Assembly: GCA_015232575.1 (NCBI GenBank)
Contig: JADFZL010000003.1
Span: 1-64,000, forward strand
DNA length: 64,000 nt
Source of the DNA: Candidatus Rifleibacteriota bacterium
GTDB lineage: Bacteria > Muiribacteriota > Ozemobacteria > Ozemobacterales > Ozemobacteraceae
Direction: 5' to 3'
The notes below the pieces were generated by a model. That model had not been told where the DNA came from. It worked only from the letters and a program-made list of their open reading frames with translations, and made no database searches. Below, piece by piece: positions 8,819 through 17,474 of the stretch. The position numbers were made by a program, and so were the translations under genes. The first letter of the stretch is position 1, and each line of letters opens with the position of its first letter.

Positions 8819-8847
8819 TTGCAAAATCAAATGTTTGATAGTATAAT
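8819..8847 (+). promoter_or_regulatory. sigma70-like promoter for ackA (TTGCAA, 17-nt spacer, TATAAT), overlapped by the near-palindrome ATTTTGCA-TTGCAAAAT
   Basis: The -35 TTGCAA is at 8819-8824 and the -10 TATAAT at 8842-8847, about 80 nt upstream of the ackA ATG. Confidence 0.35.
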
Positions 8848-8927
8848 CCGTACGAATAACGACCTGTTAAAAATGATAAATTAAATTAACTGGTAATATT
8901 CATATAAATCAGGGACAGGAGAAGGAT

Positions 8928-10205
8928 ATGCAGGAACTACAAAACATGGTCGAACACAAAGAAGGCTTCAAGAATATTCTGGTTCTCAACTGCGGCAGTT
9001 CTTCGCTGAAATATGAGGTTTACAAAATGCCCCATCGCCAAAGTCTTGGAAAAGGATTGATAGAGAGAATTGGCGAAAAAGTTGGAAAGCTTGTTCAAAC
9101 AACAGACAAGGGCGAAATCAGACTCGAACGTCCTATTCCAGATCATGGGGTAGCTATGGAAATCATGGCTAAGGCAGTCGTTGACCCCGAAAAGGGAATT
9201 TTGTACAGCCTGAGCATGATTGATGGTATAGGCCACAGGGTTGTACATGGAGGAGAGAAATATTCTTCTTCTGTTCAAATTGACGCAGATGTTATTCGTG
9301 CCCTTGAAGAAAATATTGAACTCGCTCCGCTTCATAACCCGCCGAATCTGACCGGAATAAGAGAATCTCAGAGATTGTTCCCCGGTTTGAGGCAGGTAGG
9401 TGTTTTCGATACAGCATTTCATCAGACAATGCCGCCAGCTGCATATCTTTATGGAATTCCCAGAGAATTTTACGATAAATACAGAATTAGACGCTACGGA
9501 TTTCACGGCACCAGCCACAGATTTGTATCTGCGAGAGCCATGGAACTTTTGAAGCGAAATCCCGAAAATACGAATGTTATTACGTGTCATCTTGGAAATG
9601 GTGCTTCAATAACCGCAATTGAAGCAGGGAAATCAATTGATACTTCAATGGGTTTTACCCCGCTTGAAGGACTTATGATGGGAACTCGCAGCGGTGACAT
9701 CGACCCGGCGATCATTCCGTTTCTTGAGGAAAGAGGCTACTCCTCAAAAGAAGTTTTGAATATCCTCAATAAAAAGAGTGGACTTCTTGGAATGTCAGGA
9801 ATATCCAATGATCTCAGGGATATTGAGAAAGCGGCTGAAGAAGGCAATCAACGCGCAGTTGAAGCTTTGGACGTTTATGCACAGAAAGTAAGAAAATATA
9901 TTGCAGCATATTGTGCTGATCTAGTCAAAGTTGATGCGATAATATTTACCGGCGGAATAGGACAAAACGGCTTTAAAATGCGCGAAAGAATATGTCATCG
10001 CCTTGAAAATATCGGCATTGTAATGGATTACGAGGAGAACCGCAAGAATCAGTCCAAGGAAGGTGCGGTATCAATGAAATATTCCCCGATAACCATTCTT
10101 ATTATACCTACAAATGAAGAACTTCAGATTGCAATGGACGTATTCGAGATCCTCTTTAAACCAACAGATGCCATGAAACGGCGTTCCACAGACGTATATT
10201 TCTGA
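8928..10205 (+). CDS. ackA: acetate kinase
   Basis: ILVLNCGSSSLKY N-terminal motif, and HLGNGASI and IFTGGIGQN (ASKHA superfamily acetate/propionate kinase). Confidence 0.9.
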   Translation: MQELQNMVEHKEGFKNILVLNCGSSSLKYEVYKMPHRQSLGKGLIERIGEKVGKLVQTTDKGEIRLERPIPDHGVAMEIMAKAVVDPEKGILYSLSMIDGIGHRVVHGGEKYSSSVQIDADVIRALEENIELAPLHNPPNLTGIRESQRLFPGLRQVGVFDTAFHQTMPPAAYLYGIPREFYDKYRIRRYGFHGTSHRFVSARAMELLKRNPENTNVITCHLGNGASITAIEAGKSIDTSMGFTPLEGLMMGTRSGDIDPAIIPFLEERGYSSKEVLNILNKKSGLLGMSGISNDLRDIEKAAEEGNQRAVEALDVYAQKVRKYIAAYCADLVKVDAIIFTGGIGQNGFKMRERICHRLENIGIVMDYEENRKNQSKEGAVSMKYSPITILIIPTNEELQIAMDVFEILFKPTDAMKRRSTDVYF

Positions 10206-10212
10206 TTAATCT

Positions 10213-10240
10213 GAGGGGGCCTCAAGTGCCCCCTCTGCAA
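10213..10240 (+). terminator. GC-rich hairpin GAGGGGGC-ctcaagt-GCCCCCTC downstream of ackA
   Basis: Perfect 8-bp GC stem right after the ackA stop. No U-tract. The stem sequence is shared with the 107-bp repeat family. Confidence 0.35.
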
Positions 10241-10295
10241 AATCTGATGCATATTTTTCAAAAGTCTGATTCAAAATACTGACTTTTGCAGATTC

Positions 10296-10832
10296 CTATT
10301 TTTTTTCGAATTCTTCATTCAGGCTCTGGAGAACATTCCGGTAACCTGTTTCGAGATTATCAACAATATCAAACCCCTTTTTTCTTTCCTCCCTGTCAGA
10401 ATTTCTGCTGACAACACGATATACAACAATATAATCATATAGCGCCTGTCTTAATTTGCTGAGATTTTCCATAACACTTTTTCTTTTTTCCGGAGAATGC
10501 TTATATCGGGAATATTTCTCCAGTGCTTCTACATGCATCAGAAAAGAGTTCTCCAGGTCCATCTTAACTCCGGAAGCATCATCGTAGTCGTTCGGAATCT
10601 TATTTGAAAGACCGTCTAACACTCTTGCCAGCACGAATATGCTATTTGTGTGATCCTTTATCAGGCGAACTTGAAGAATTGTTTCACGAATTTCGCTTGC
10701 ATATTTCCCCGCCTGACTTTCCATGCCTTCCGAAACGGAAGTCTTTGCTGAACCAGTTTCAGCTGTCTGCGAAAATATTGGGGAAACAAGAAACAGATTG
10801 ATCACAACCACAAATGTTACCAATTTACTCAT
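10296..10832 (-). CDS. hypothetical secreted protein
   Basis: N-terminal signal peptide (MSKLVTFVVVINLFLVSPIFSQT). No conserved motifs recognised. Confidence 0.4.
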   Translation of the reverse strand: MSKLVTFVVVINLFLVSPIFSQTAETGSAKTSVSEGMESQAGKYASEIRETILQVRLIKDHTNSIFVLARVLDGLSNKIPNDYDDASGVKMDLENSFLMHVEALEKYSRYKHSPEKRKSVMENLSKLRQALYDYIVVYRVVSRNSDREERKKGFDIVDNLETGYRNVLQSLNEEFEKK

Positions 10833-11183
10833 ACAATTACTTTCTCCTTGTTTGATTCTAATAAGTTAAATCATTTCCATTAGATACGAAGAAAATCAGC
10901 GATTTGTTCCAGAAAAATTTCTAAAATTAATTCAATTACTATGGAAAAACCTGCTGAATCTCTTTCCAGAAAAGAGATTTATGCTTCTTCAATGATTTCC
11001 TGTAATTGGAAAAATAATAATCCATATTAAACAAATGCCTCAAAATCTTATGAAAACTCACTTTTTCTCAGAAGTGTAAAATATGTATTTGCATATTATC
11101 AGAGTTTGTGATATTTTCTTCAGTCATCTTTGCTGATAACACTGAAAAATGAAAATAAACCAGGTAGAAAAAGGCAGAATCTG

Positions 11184-12731
11184 ATGTTTAAATCTGAACT
11201 ACAAGCCAAAATAAATGAATTATTTGATAATGGTGAATTTTCCGCTCAAGTTGAAGTTGAATCTCGCCGATGGTTCTCAAGGATGTTGAAATACTTCAGA
11301 CAAAGCAAGGAGGCAGGTGCCGCAGCTATGAACCATGACAACGGGATTCACTTTATCGGAATTGGTGGTATCGGGATGAGCGGTTTAGCTCAGATCCTTA
11401 TTGAAAAAGGATTTGCCGTATCCGGTTCTGATATCCGGGAAAACGCACAGACAAGAAAACTTGCTGCAATGGGAGCAGAAATTTATTTCGGTCACAGTAG
11501 TCAATGCCTGCCTGAAAGCGTGAAAAGGGTAGTTGTTTCTACAGCAATAGAAAGTGATAATGTTGAGCTTCAAGAAGCGCGCAGAAGAAATCTGGCTATA
11601 TTTCACAGATCTGATCTTCTTGCAGAATTATTTAATAATTTAAAATTCGGAATCGCAGTGAGTGGTTGCCACGGAAAAACTACTGTTACTTCGATTCTTT
11701 CAACTATCTTTTCCGAATCTGCAATGGACCCAACCTGCGTTGTTGGCGGGAATGTCCAGGCTCTTCAGGGGAATGCACGCAACGGACATTCTGAATATCT
11801 TATCGCCGAAGCAGATGAAAGCGATGCGACATTTTTAAAATATTTTCCACATACATCTATTATTACAAACATAGACAATGATCACATGGATCACTACTCA
11901 AGCCTGGACGCAATTGTAAAGGCTTTTGAGGTTTTTGCAAGTCACAATGATCCGGATGGCAGTATTTTTATCTGCCAGGATGATCCCATCGTCAGAAACA
12001 TTGCCCTTCCAGAAGATAGAAGAATTGTAACTTATGGAATTGATAATCCGGCTGATTATATGGCTGAAGATATTAAGCTTTTTCCATTCGGTTCATTTTT
12101 TCGCCTGAAAATCGGTGGAGTTGACAAAGGTATGTTGGAGCTTGCTCTTCCGGGAAAGCACAATGTTCTCAATGCACTTCCCGCCGTAGCAATAGCCCTG
12201 GAAGCAGGAATTTCCTTAGATCAGATACAGGACGCATTGAAAAAATTTCATGGCGCTGGCAGACGATTTGAATTAAAGGGAAATTTCCACGGAATAACAG
12301 TAATTGATGATTACGGTCATCATCCAAATGAAATCCGTGCAACACTTGCTGCAGCAAAATCACTGGCAGCAAAAAGAGTAATGGTTGTTTTTCAACCTCA
12401 CAGATACACTAGAACTCAATTACTTTGCAGCGAATTTGGAAGATGTTTTGAAGACTGTGACAGACTTTTCCTGACTGATATTTATCCGGCTTCTGAAAAG
12501 GCAATTGAAGGTGTCTCCAGCAAATTGATTCTCGACCACATGCCAGTTGCACAACGCAGAAAAGTGAAAATGGTTAAGTCTACAAATGAAGCTCTCTATC
12601 AATTAATGGAAACTCTTGAAGATGGTGATGTCGTTTTCACACTTGGCGCCGGAGATGTTACTCAACTTGGTCCGGTTCTCATTGATGCAATGAAAAGCAG
12701 ATCTGAGCTTTCTGCAGCACGTGCTGTATAA
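11184..12731 (+). CDS. murC: UDP-N-acetylmuramate--L-alanine ligase
   Basis: HFIGIGGIGMSGLAQIL...GSD, VSGCHGKTT (P-loop) and DNDHMDHY are Mur ligase motifs. The start is uncertain: a TTG at 11130 and ATGs at 11184 and 11328 (AAGGAGG upstream) are all possible. Confidence 0.8.
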   Translation: MFKSELQAKINELFDNGEFSAQVEVESRRWFSRMLKYFRQSKEAGAAAMNHDNGIHFIGIGGIGMSGLAQILIEKGFAVSGSDIRENAQTRKLAAMGAEIYFGHSSQCLPESVKRVVVSTAIESDNVELQEARRRNLAIFHRSDLLAELFNNLKFGIAVSGCHGKTTVTSILSTIFSESAMDPTCVVGGNVQALQGNARNGHSEYLIAEADESDATFLKYFPHTSIITNIDNDHMDHYSSLDAIVKAFEVFASHNDPDGSIFICQDDPIVRNIALPEDRRIVTYGIDNPADYMAEDIKLFPFGSFFRLKIGGVDKGMLELALPGKHNVLNALPAVAIALEAGISLDQIQDALKKFHGAGRRFELKGNFHGITVIDDYGHHPNEIRATLAAAKSLAAKRVMVVFQPHRYTRTQLLCSEFGRCFEDCDRLFLTDIYPASEKAIEGVSSKLILDHMPVAQRRKVKMVKSTNEALYQLMETLEDGDVVFTLGAGDVTQLGPVLIDAMKSRSELSAARAV

Positions 12732-12786
12732 GGAAGAAAAAGCTATTTACTGAGCATTGATTTATAGAAATTTATATAAAATAAAT

Positions 12787-12820
12787 TCCCCTCGATGACA
12801 TTCGGGGGGAGTTTATTTTA
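12787..12820 (+). terminator. rho-independent terminator after murC
   Basis: TCCCCTCGA-tgacat-TCGGGGGGA hairpin followed by GTTTATTTTAT. Confidence 0.5.
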
Positions 12821-12881
12821 TATATGGCTTTGACATTATCTCATTAAAATGGTATTTTCAAGGCAAATTTCGGAGATGAAT

Positions 12882-14237
12882 ATGAAAAAAATACCAACAA
12901 TTGCAATTATTGGCAGACCTAATGTAGGCAAGTCTTCCCTGTTAAACCGCATTATCGGCAAGAGACATGCTATTGTAGATCCTACACCCGGAGTAACAAG
13001 AGATAGAAACTACGCTTCAGCGGAATGGAACGGAAGAAAGTTCTTTGTCATTGATACAGGAGGCCTTGATCCTGAAAACAAATCTTCCATACAGAAAGCA
13101 ATAACCGAACAGGTTGATTTTTCGCTTGAAGAAGCAGATGCAATGATTCTTCTGGTAGATGCTCAAACTGGACTTCATGACACAGACAAAGAAATTCTTG
13201 ATCTGCTGAGAAAGAGATCCTGTGGCAAAAAGATATATGTTGCCATAAACAAACTTGATAATCCAACACGTGAAGATCAAATTTATGAATTTTATTCACT
13301 TGGAGTTGAGAAGCTTTTCCCGCTTTCTGCTGTTCATGGCCATGGTGTTGCAGATATCATGGATGAAATCGTTGAACAATTTCCCAGGAATCTTTCTGAG
13401 CATGGCTCTGAAGAAGATATTCCATACGAAAGCAGAATCGCAATCGTTGGAAAACCAAACGTAGGTAAATCTTCTCTCTTCAACAAGCTCGTCGGACAGA
13501 ATAGATCGATTGTTGACGACGTTGCTGGCACCACAAGAGACTCTATTAATTTCACAATTGAACGCGAAGGAAAACTTTATCCTTTTGTTGACACAGCAGG
13601 CCTGAGACGACCCGCTAGAAATAAAGATTCCGTAGAACTTTTTTCGGTCTTCAGAACCCTTGAAACGATAAGACGTTCTGATATTGCTGTAATAATGCTT
13701 GATGCTGAAGCAGCTGAAATAACTGAACAGGACAAGAGAATTGTATCAAATATAATTGATGCTGGTTCTGGATGTGCAATAGTCTGGAACAAATGGGATC
13801 TTCCGGAAAAAACGCCTCGACTCTGGGATGAAATTCTCAAGAAGACTCGTCAGGAACTGCCTTTAATCGATTTTGCTCCAGCTATATCGATTTCTGCAAA
13901 AACTGGCAAACGTGTTGATGACCTCTTTGAACTTCTCGACATTATCAGGGAAAATGGTAAAAAGCGTGCATCAATTCAAAGGCTGAACGAAATTCTCTTT
14001 GAGGCTGTAACAATACAACCACCGCCATCATTTCAGGGAAGAGCACTCAGACTTTCAAATTTGAGACAACTTGACGGGCCTGGAATCGTTTTCAAAATAA
14101 ATTGTTCTGAGCCAAAAGGACTGCATTTTTCCTATCAGAGATTTATCATGAATCTTATCAGGAAGGAGTTTGTGTTTGAAGGTTGGCCGATAAGACTTAT
14201 TGTGCATGGTACCGGAAAAGCAAATGTTAAAAAATGA
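12882..14237 (+). CDS. der: ribosome-associated GTPase Der/EngA (two tandem GTPase domains)
   Basis: IAIIGRPNVGKSSLLN and IAIVGKPNVGKSSLFN P-loops, DTGG/DTAG, NKLD/NKWD and a C-terminal KH-like domain. The start is chosen at 12882 (GGAG 6 nt upstream). An in-frame ATG at 12849 is an alternative. Confidence 0.85.
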   Translation: MKKIPTIAIIGRPNVGKSSLLNRIIGKRHAIVDPTPGVTRDRNYASAEWNGRKFFVIDTGGLDPENKSSIQKAITEQVDFSLEEADAMILLVDAQTGLHDTDKEILDLLRKRSCGKKIYVAINKLDNPTREDQIYEFYSLGVEKLFPLSAVHGHGVADIMDEIVEQFPRNLSEHGSEEDIPYESRIAIVGKPNVGKSSLFNKLVGQNRSIVDDVAGTTRDSINFTIEREGKLYPFVDTAGLRRPARNKDSVELFSVFRTLETIRRSDIAVIMLDAEAAEITEQDKRIVSNIIDAGSGCAIVWNKWDLPEKTPRLWDEILKKTRQELPLIDFAPAISISAKTGKRVDDLFELLDIIRENGKKRASIQRLNEILFEAVTIQPPPSFQGRALRLSNLRQLDGPGIVFKINCSEPKGLHFSYQRFIMNLIRKEFVFEGWPIRLIVHGTGKANVKK

Positions 14238-14914
14238 TTTCATTTTCTAATTCGATAATAGCGCTTGTTCTTGGATATTTTCTCGGTTCAATTCCGTCTG
14301 CTCACTGGCTTGCTAAATATTATTACGGAATAAATATTTTTGAGCATGGCAGCGGAAACATGGGAGCAACAAACATTTACAGAGTGCTTGGCAGCAGACC
14401 TTTTGCTATAACTCTGATGCTGGATATAATAAAAGGTTTTCTTGCAGTTTTGTTTATATCCAGGCTTCCTCATCCTGCGGAAATTGATATTCCAATTAAA
14501 ATAATCGCCGGTTCTGCTGCAGTTGCGGGCCACACGCTTTCATTCTGGGTAAATTTCAGAGGCGGAAAAGGCGTTGCAACTGCACTTGGAGTATTTCTCG
14601 GAATAGCACCTATTTCGAGCATTTGTGCAATGTTTGTCTTTCTATTAGTTCTTGTTCCATCGGGATACGTTTCTCTTTCATCAATGGTCTCAGCATCTTC
14701 GATGCCTTTTTTTATCATGTATTTTCATGAAGGCGGAGCTAATTGGTATCTTCCGCTTGCAATATTTTCATCTTTTGTTGCTGTGTTTCTGATAATAAAA
14801 CACAAAAATAACATTATGAAAATTCTATCTGGAAAAGAACTTTCGCTGAGAAACAAACCATCGCCATCTTCCGACCCAGTACCCGACCCGACTGAAAATA
14901 AAATGGTGAAATGA
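14234..14914 (+). CDS. plsY: glycerol-3-phosphate acyltransferase PlsY
   Basis: LGYFLGSIPSAHWLAKYYYGINIFEHGSGNMGATN is typical of the PlsY N-terminus. Multi-pass membrane protein. Its ATG overlaps the der stop. Confidence 0.8.
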   Translation: MISFSNSIIALVLGYFLGSIPSAHWLAKYYYGINIFEHGSGNMGATNIYRVLGSRPFAITLMLDIIKGFLAVLFISRLPHPAEIDIPIKIIAGSAAVAGHTLSFWVNFRGGKGVATALGVFLGIAPISSICAMFVFLLVLVPSGYVSLSSMVSASSMPFFIMYFHEGGANWYLPLAIFSSFVAVFLIIKHKNNIMKILSGKELSLRNKPSPSSDPVPDPTENKMVK

Positions 14915-14949
14915 TATTGTAAACTCATCGAATGCAGCCAAGCAGGAAG

Positions 14950-15195
14950 TGGGAAGGGCACGAGCCCCTTCTAAAGAAAGCGTATCTTAATGCGGCGAAG
15001 CGGAGAGTGCAAAGCACTCGACCGCGGGGAGTGAGGTGGTCGAACTTGTTCGACCGCCGAGAGGGGGCGCGTGCCCCCTCTAAAAAAAGCATCTTAATGT
15101 GGCGAAGCGGAGAGTGCAAAGCACTCGACCGCGGGGAGTGAGGTGGTCGAACTTGTTCGACCGCCGAGAGGGGGCGCGTGCCCCCTCTAAAAATG
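14950..15195 (+). repeat. tandem 107-bp structured intergenic repeat: two full copies (14983-15088, 15090-15195) plus a degenerate partial copy (14950-14982)
   Basis: Unit: atcttaatgYggcgaagcggagaGTGCaaaGCACtcgaccgcggggagtgaggtGGTCGAACttGTTCGACCgccgaGAGGGGGCgcgtGCCCCCTCtaaaaa. It contains three inverted repeats. It lies between plsY and gpsA and supplies the gpsA SD. Confidence 0.85.
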
Positions 15196-15203
15196 AGGTT
15201 TTT

Positions 15204-16217
15204 ATGAAATTTTCGGTTATTGGGGCTGGTGCCTGGGGAACGACTCTTGCGAATATTCTGGCTGAAAATGGCAACAAAGTAATATTATGGGCAAGGGAAC
15301 CCGAAATTGAACAGTCAGTAAACAATCATCATAGAAATTGTATTTTCTTACGTGAAAAAGTATTGCATTCAGATCTTTTTGCCACAACATCAATAAAAGA
15401 TGCTGTTAATTCATCGGAAATACTTGTTTTCGCTGTTCCTTCTGCTCATTTGAGAAATGTTGCCACTGATTGTCTCAAGCATGTAAATTCATCACTGAAA
15501 GGTGTAATGAATGCAGCAAAAGGTCTTGAACCAGTCTCAGGAAAAAGACTTTCAGAAATTCTCTGTGAAATTATGAATGTTCGAGAATCATCATCAGAAG
15601 ATCGAATTGCAGTTCTGTCTGGTCCGAATCTTGCGCCTGAAATTGCATCGGAAAAAATTGCATCTACAGTTATCGCTTCTCCGTGCAGCGATTTAAGTAG
15701 AATTCTTCAGGAAAGCTTTTCTTCTCCCAGGTTCAGAGTTTACCGTCATTCAGACAGAACAGGTGTTGAACTTGGTGGCACACTGAAAAATGTTTTTGCG
15801 ATTGGTGCAGGAATTCTTGAGGGACTTGAACTGGGAGATAATGCAAGAGCGGCATATTTAACGCGTTCACTTCATGAAATGACAAGACTTGGCGTTTGTC
15901 TGGGTGGAAAAAATACAACTTTTTACGGTTTAAGTGGACTTGGTGATCTTATGGCAACAGCAATGTCGCCTATTTCAAGAAATCATAGAATTGGGAGAGC
16001 GATTGCAGAAGGCAGATTGTCGCAATTTCAGAGTGATTTTGCACTCCAGGCAGTCGAAGGAGTTGAAACAGCAAGAATGGCGCTTGAATGGGGAAAAAAA
16101 CTAACTATTCAACTTCCAATTACCGAAGAAATATGCAGGGTACTTTTTGAAAACAAACCTCCCGTCGAAGCTGCGCGTGATTTAATGACACGCTCACTGA
16201 AAGATGAGGGGGAATGA
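15204..16217 (+). CDS. gpsA: NAD(P)H-dependent glycerol-3-phosphate dehydrogenase
   Basis: MKFSVIGAGAWGTTLA Rossmann motif, and GTLKNVFAIGAGI and GLSGLGDL motifs. The true start is at 15204 (GAGG SD). The ORF-track extension from 15099 is read-through of the repeat. Confidence 0.85.
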   Translation: MKFSVIGAGAWGTTLANILAENGNKVILWAREPEIEQSVNNHHRNCIFLREKVLHSDLFATTSIKDAVNSSEILVFAVPSAHLRNVATDCLKHVNSSLKGVMNAAKGLEPVSGKRLSEILCEIMNVRESSSEDRIAVLSGPNLAPEIASEKIASTVIASPCSDLSRILQESFSSPRFRVYRHSDRTGVELGGTLKNVFAIGAGILEGLELGDNARAAYLTRSLHEMTRLGVCLGGKNTTFYGLSGLGDLMATAMSPISRNHRIGRAIAEGRLSQFQSDFALQAVEGVETARMALEWGKKLTIQLPITEEICRVLFENKPPVEAARDLMTRSLKDEGE

Positions 16218-16246
16218 AGAAATGATATGACTTCGGGAGACAAAAT

Positions 16247-17473
16247 ATGAAAAATTTCATCCAAAAAATTGCTGCAGCTACAATACTGCTTTTATTCCTC
16301 GCATTCGTTTTCTTCGGAATAAAAAAGTTGCAGCCACCTGTTGTAAAAACATCTGAAATTGAAAAAACGGAGGTTCCAAAAGTGCTTCCCCCACAAGAAA
16401 AGAGTGAAGTGAAATCTGTCGAAATTGTTTTCAATTACAACAAACAGGAATACAAATACCCTGATCAGCCAATCCTTGAAATAAAAAAAAGTGAAAACAA
16501 TTTAGTCAGCTCTTCAGTAAGAAAAGAACTGGTTTCAAGTCTTCTGGAGAAACTACCAGATCTTGCTCAGCCGAAAACCTTTGAGAATGAAGTTAAGCCA
16601 TTTTCAAAAAAATCTTCTGCCTACGAGTTTGTAAGCCGAGAGAATGAAAATTTTCTGATTGACAAGGAAGCAACAGCAATCGCAATCGAAAAAGCTGTTT
16701 CTGAAGAACCATCCAAAAGCACCTTCAACGTTACTCCAGTTGTGAAAAGTGCAAATCCTGAAATTGGATTCGAGGCAGAGCGACTAAAAAGAGGCTTCAA
16801 GACAGATCTTTCGTTATTTTCAACATCACATCCAGAGCATGCTGACGATACTGGCAGAAATATAAATCTCGCAATTGCAGCAGCAAAAATAGATGGTCTT
16901 GTTTTAAAACCAGGTGAAGAATTTAATTTTGATAAAATAGTCGGTCCAAGAATAAAAAAGAATGGTTTCAGAATGGCAGGTGTGATCTCTCAGGGAAGAT
17001 TGATTCAAGGACTTGGCGGCGGGATCTGTCAGGTGTCAACTACAGTTTACAGAGCAGCTTTGCTTGCTAATCTTAAAATTACCGAGCGTCATAATCATTC
17101 AATTTACGAGGGAATTCCATACGCAGATCGCGGTCTTGATTCTGCCATATCAATGGGAAGTAAAAATCTGAGATTTATCAACTCACTTTCTACGCCGATT
17201 TTGATGTCCTGCACTTCAGGAAATGGAACGGTTCATATCGCATTTTATGGAACCCATAAACCGTTTGACAAAGTAGAAGTCCGGACAGAAAAGGAAGTAT
17301 CTCATCCCTTCCCGATAAAAACTACCAGAAATCCTAAAGAAGCCAGACCGGGTGTAACTGGCTATACAATTGAATCTTACAGAGTTGTAACAAGCGGTGA
17401 CAAGGAAATTACTGAAAAACTTGGACAAGATCATTATCTTATGTTTCCGCAGGTTGTAACTGCAAGTAATTGA
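16247..17473 (+). CDS. VanW-like domain protein
   Basis: GPRIKKNGFRMAGVISQGRLIQGLGGGICQVSTTVYRAALLANL matches the VanW family core. N-terminal TM helix. Confidence 0.6.
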   Translation: MKNFIQKIAAATILLLFLAFVFFGIKKLQPPVVKTSEIEKTEVPKVLPPQEKSEVKSVEIVFNYNKQEYKYPDQPILEIKKSENNLVSSSVRKELVSSLLEKLPDLAQPKTFENEVKPFSKKSSAYEFVSRENENFLIDKEATAIAIEKAVSEEPSKSTFNVTPVVKSANPEIGFEAERLKRGFKTDLSLFSTSHPEHADDTGRNINLAIAAAKIDGLVLKPGEEFNFDKIVGPRIKKNGFRMAGVISQGRLIQGLGGGICQVSTTVYRAALLANLKITERHNHSIYEGIPYADRGLDSAISMGSKNLRFINSLSTPILMSCTSGNGTVHIAFYGTHKPFDKVEVRTEKEVSHPFPIKTTRNPKEARPGVTGYTIESYRVVTSGDKEITEKLGQDHYLMFPQVVTASN

Positions 17474-17474
17474 A

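Noticed and set aside
8937-9590. Minus-strand 217-aa ORF inside ackA
   Set aside because: It is antisense to the strongly conserved acetate kinase frame and is a typical shadow ORF.
11130-11327. 66-aa N-terminal extension of murC starting at TTG 11130
   Set aside because: MurC homologues start about 10-20 aa before the GIGG motif. The ATG at 11328 has an AAGGAGG upstream and 11184 is also possible, so the TTG start is unlikely. The region stays inside the murC feature as an uncertain start.
14950-15195. Possibility that the tandem repeats are a CRISPR array
   Set aside because: The unit is 107 bp with no unique spacers between copies. There are only 2.3 copies and no cas genes, and the copies differ by point mutations. 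This is not CRISPR architecture.
14925-15325. ORFs 14932..15141 (+), 14925..15119 (-), 15080..15325 (-) and the N-terminal 35 codons of ORF 15099..16217
   Set aside because: These are reading-frame artefacts across the tandem 107-bp repeat. gpsA has a clean SD and ATG at 15204, and the proteins repeat the same peptide (RVQSTRPRGVRWSNLFDRREGARAPSK) in register with the DNA repeat.
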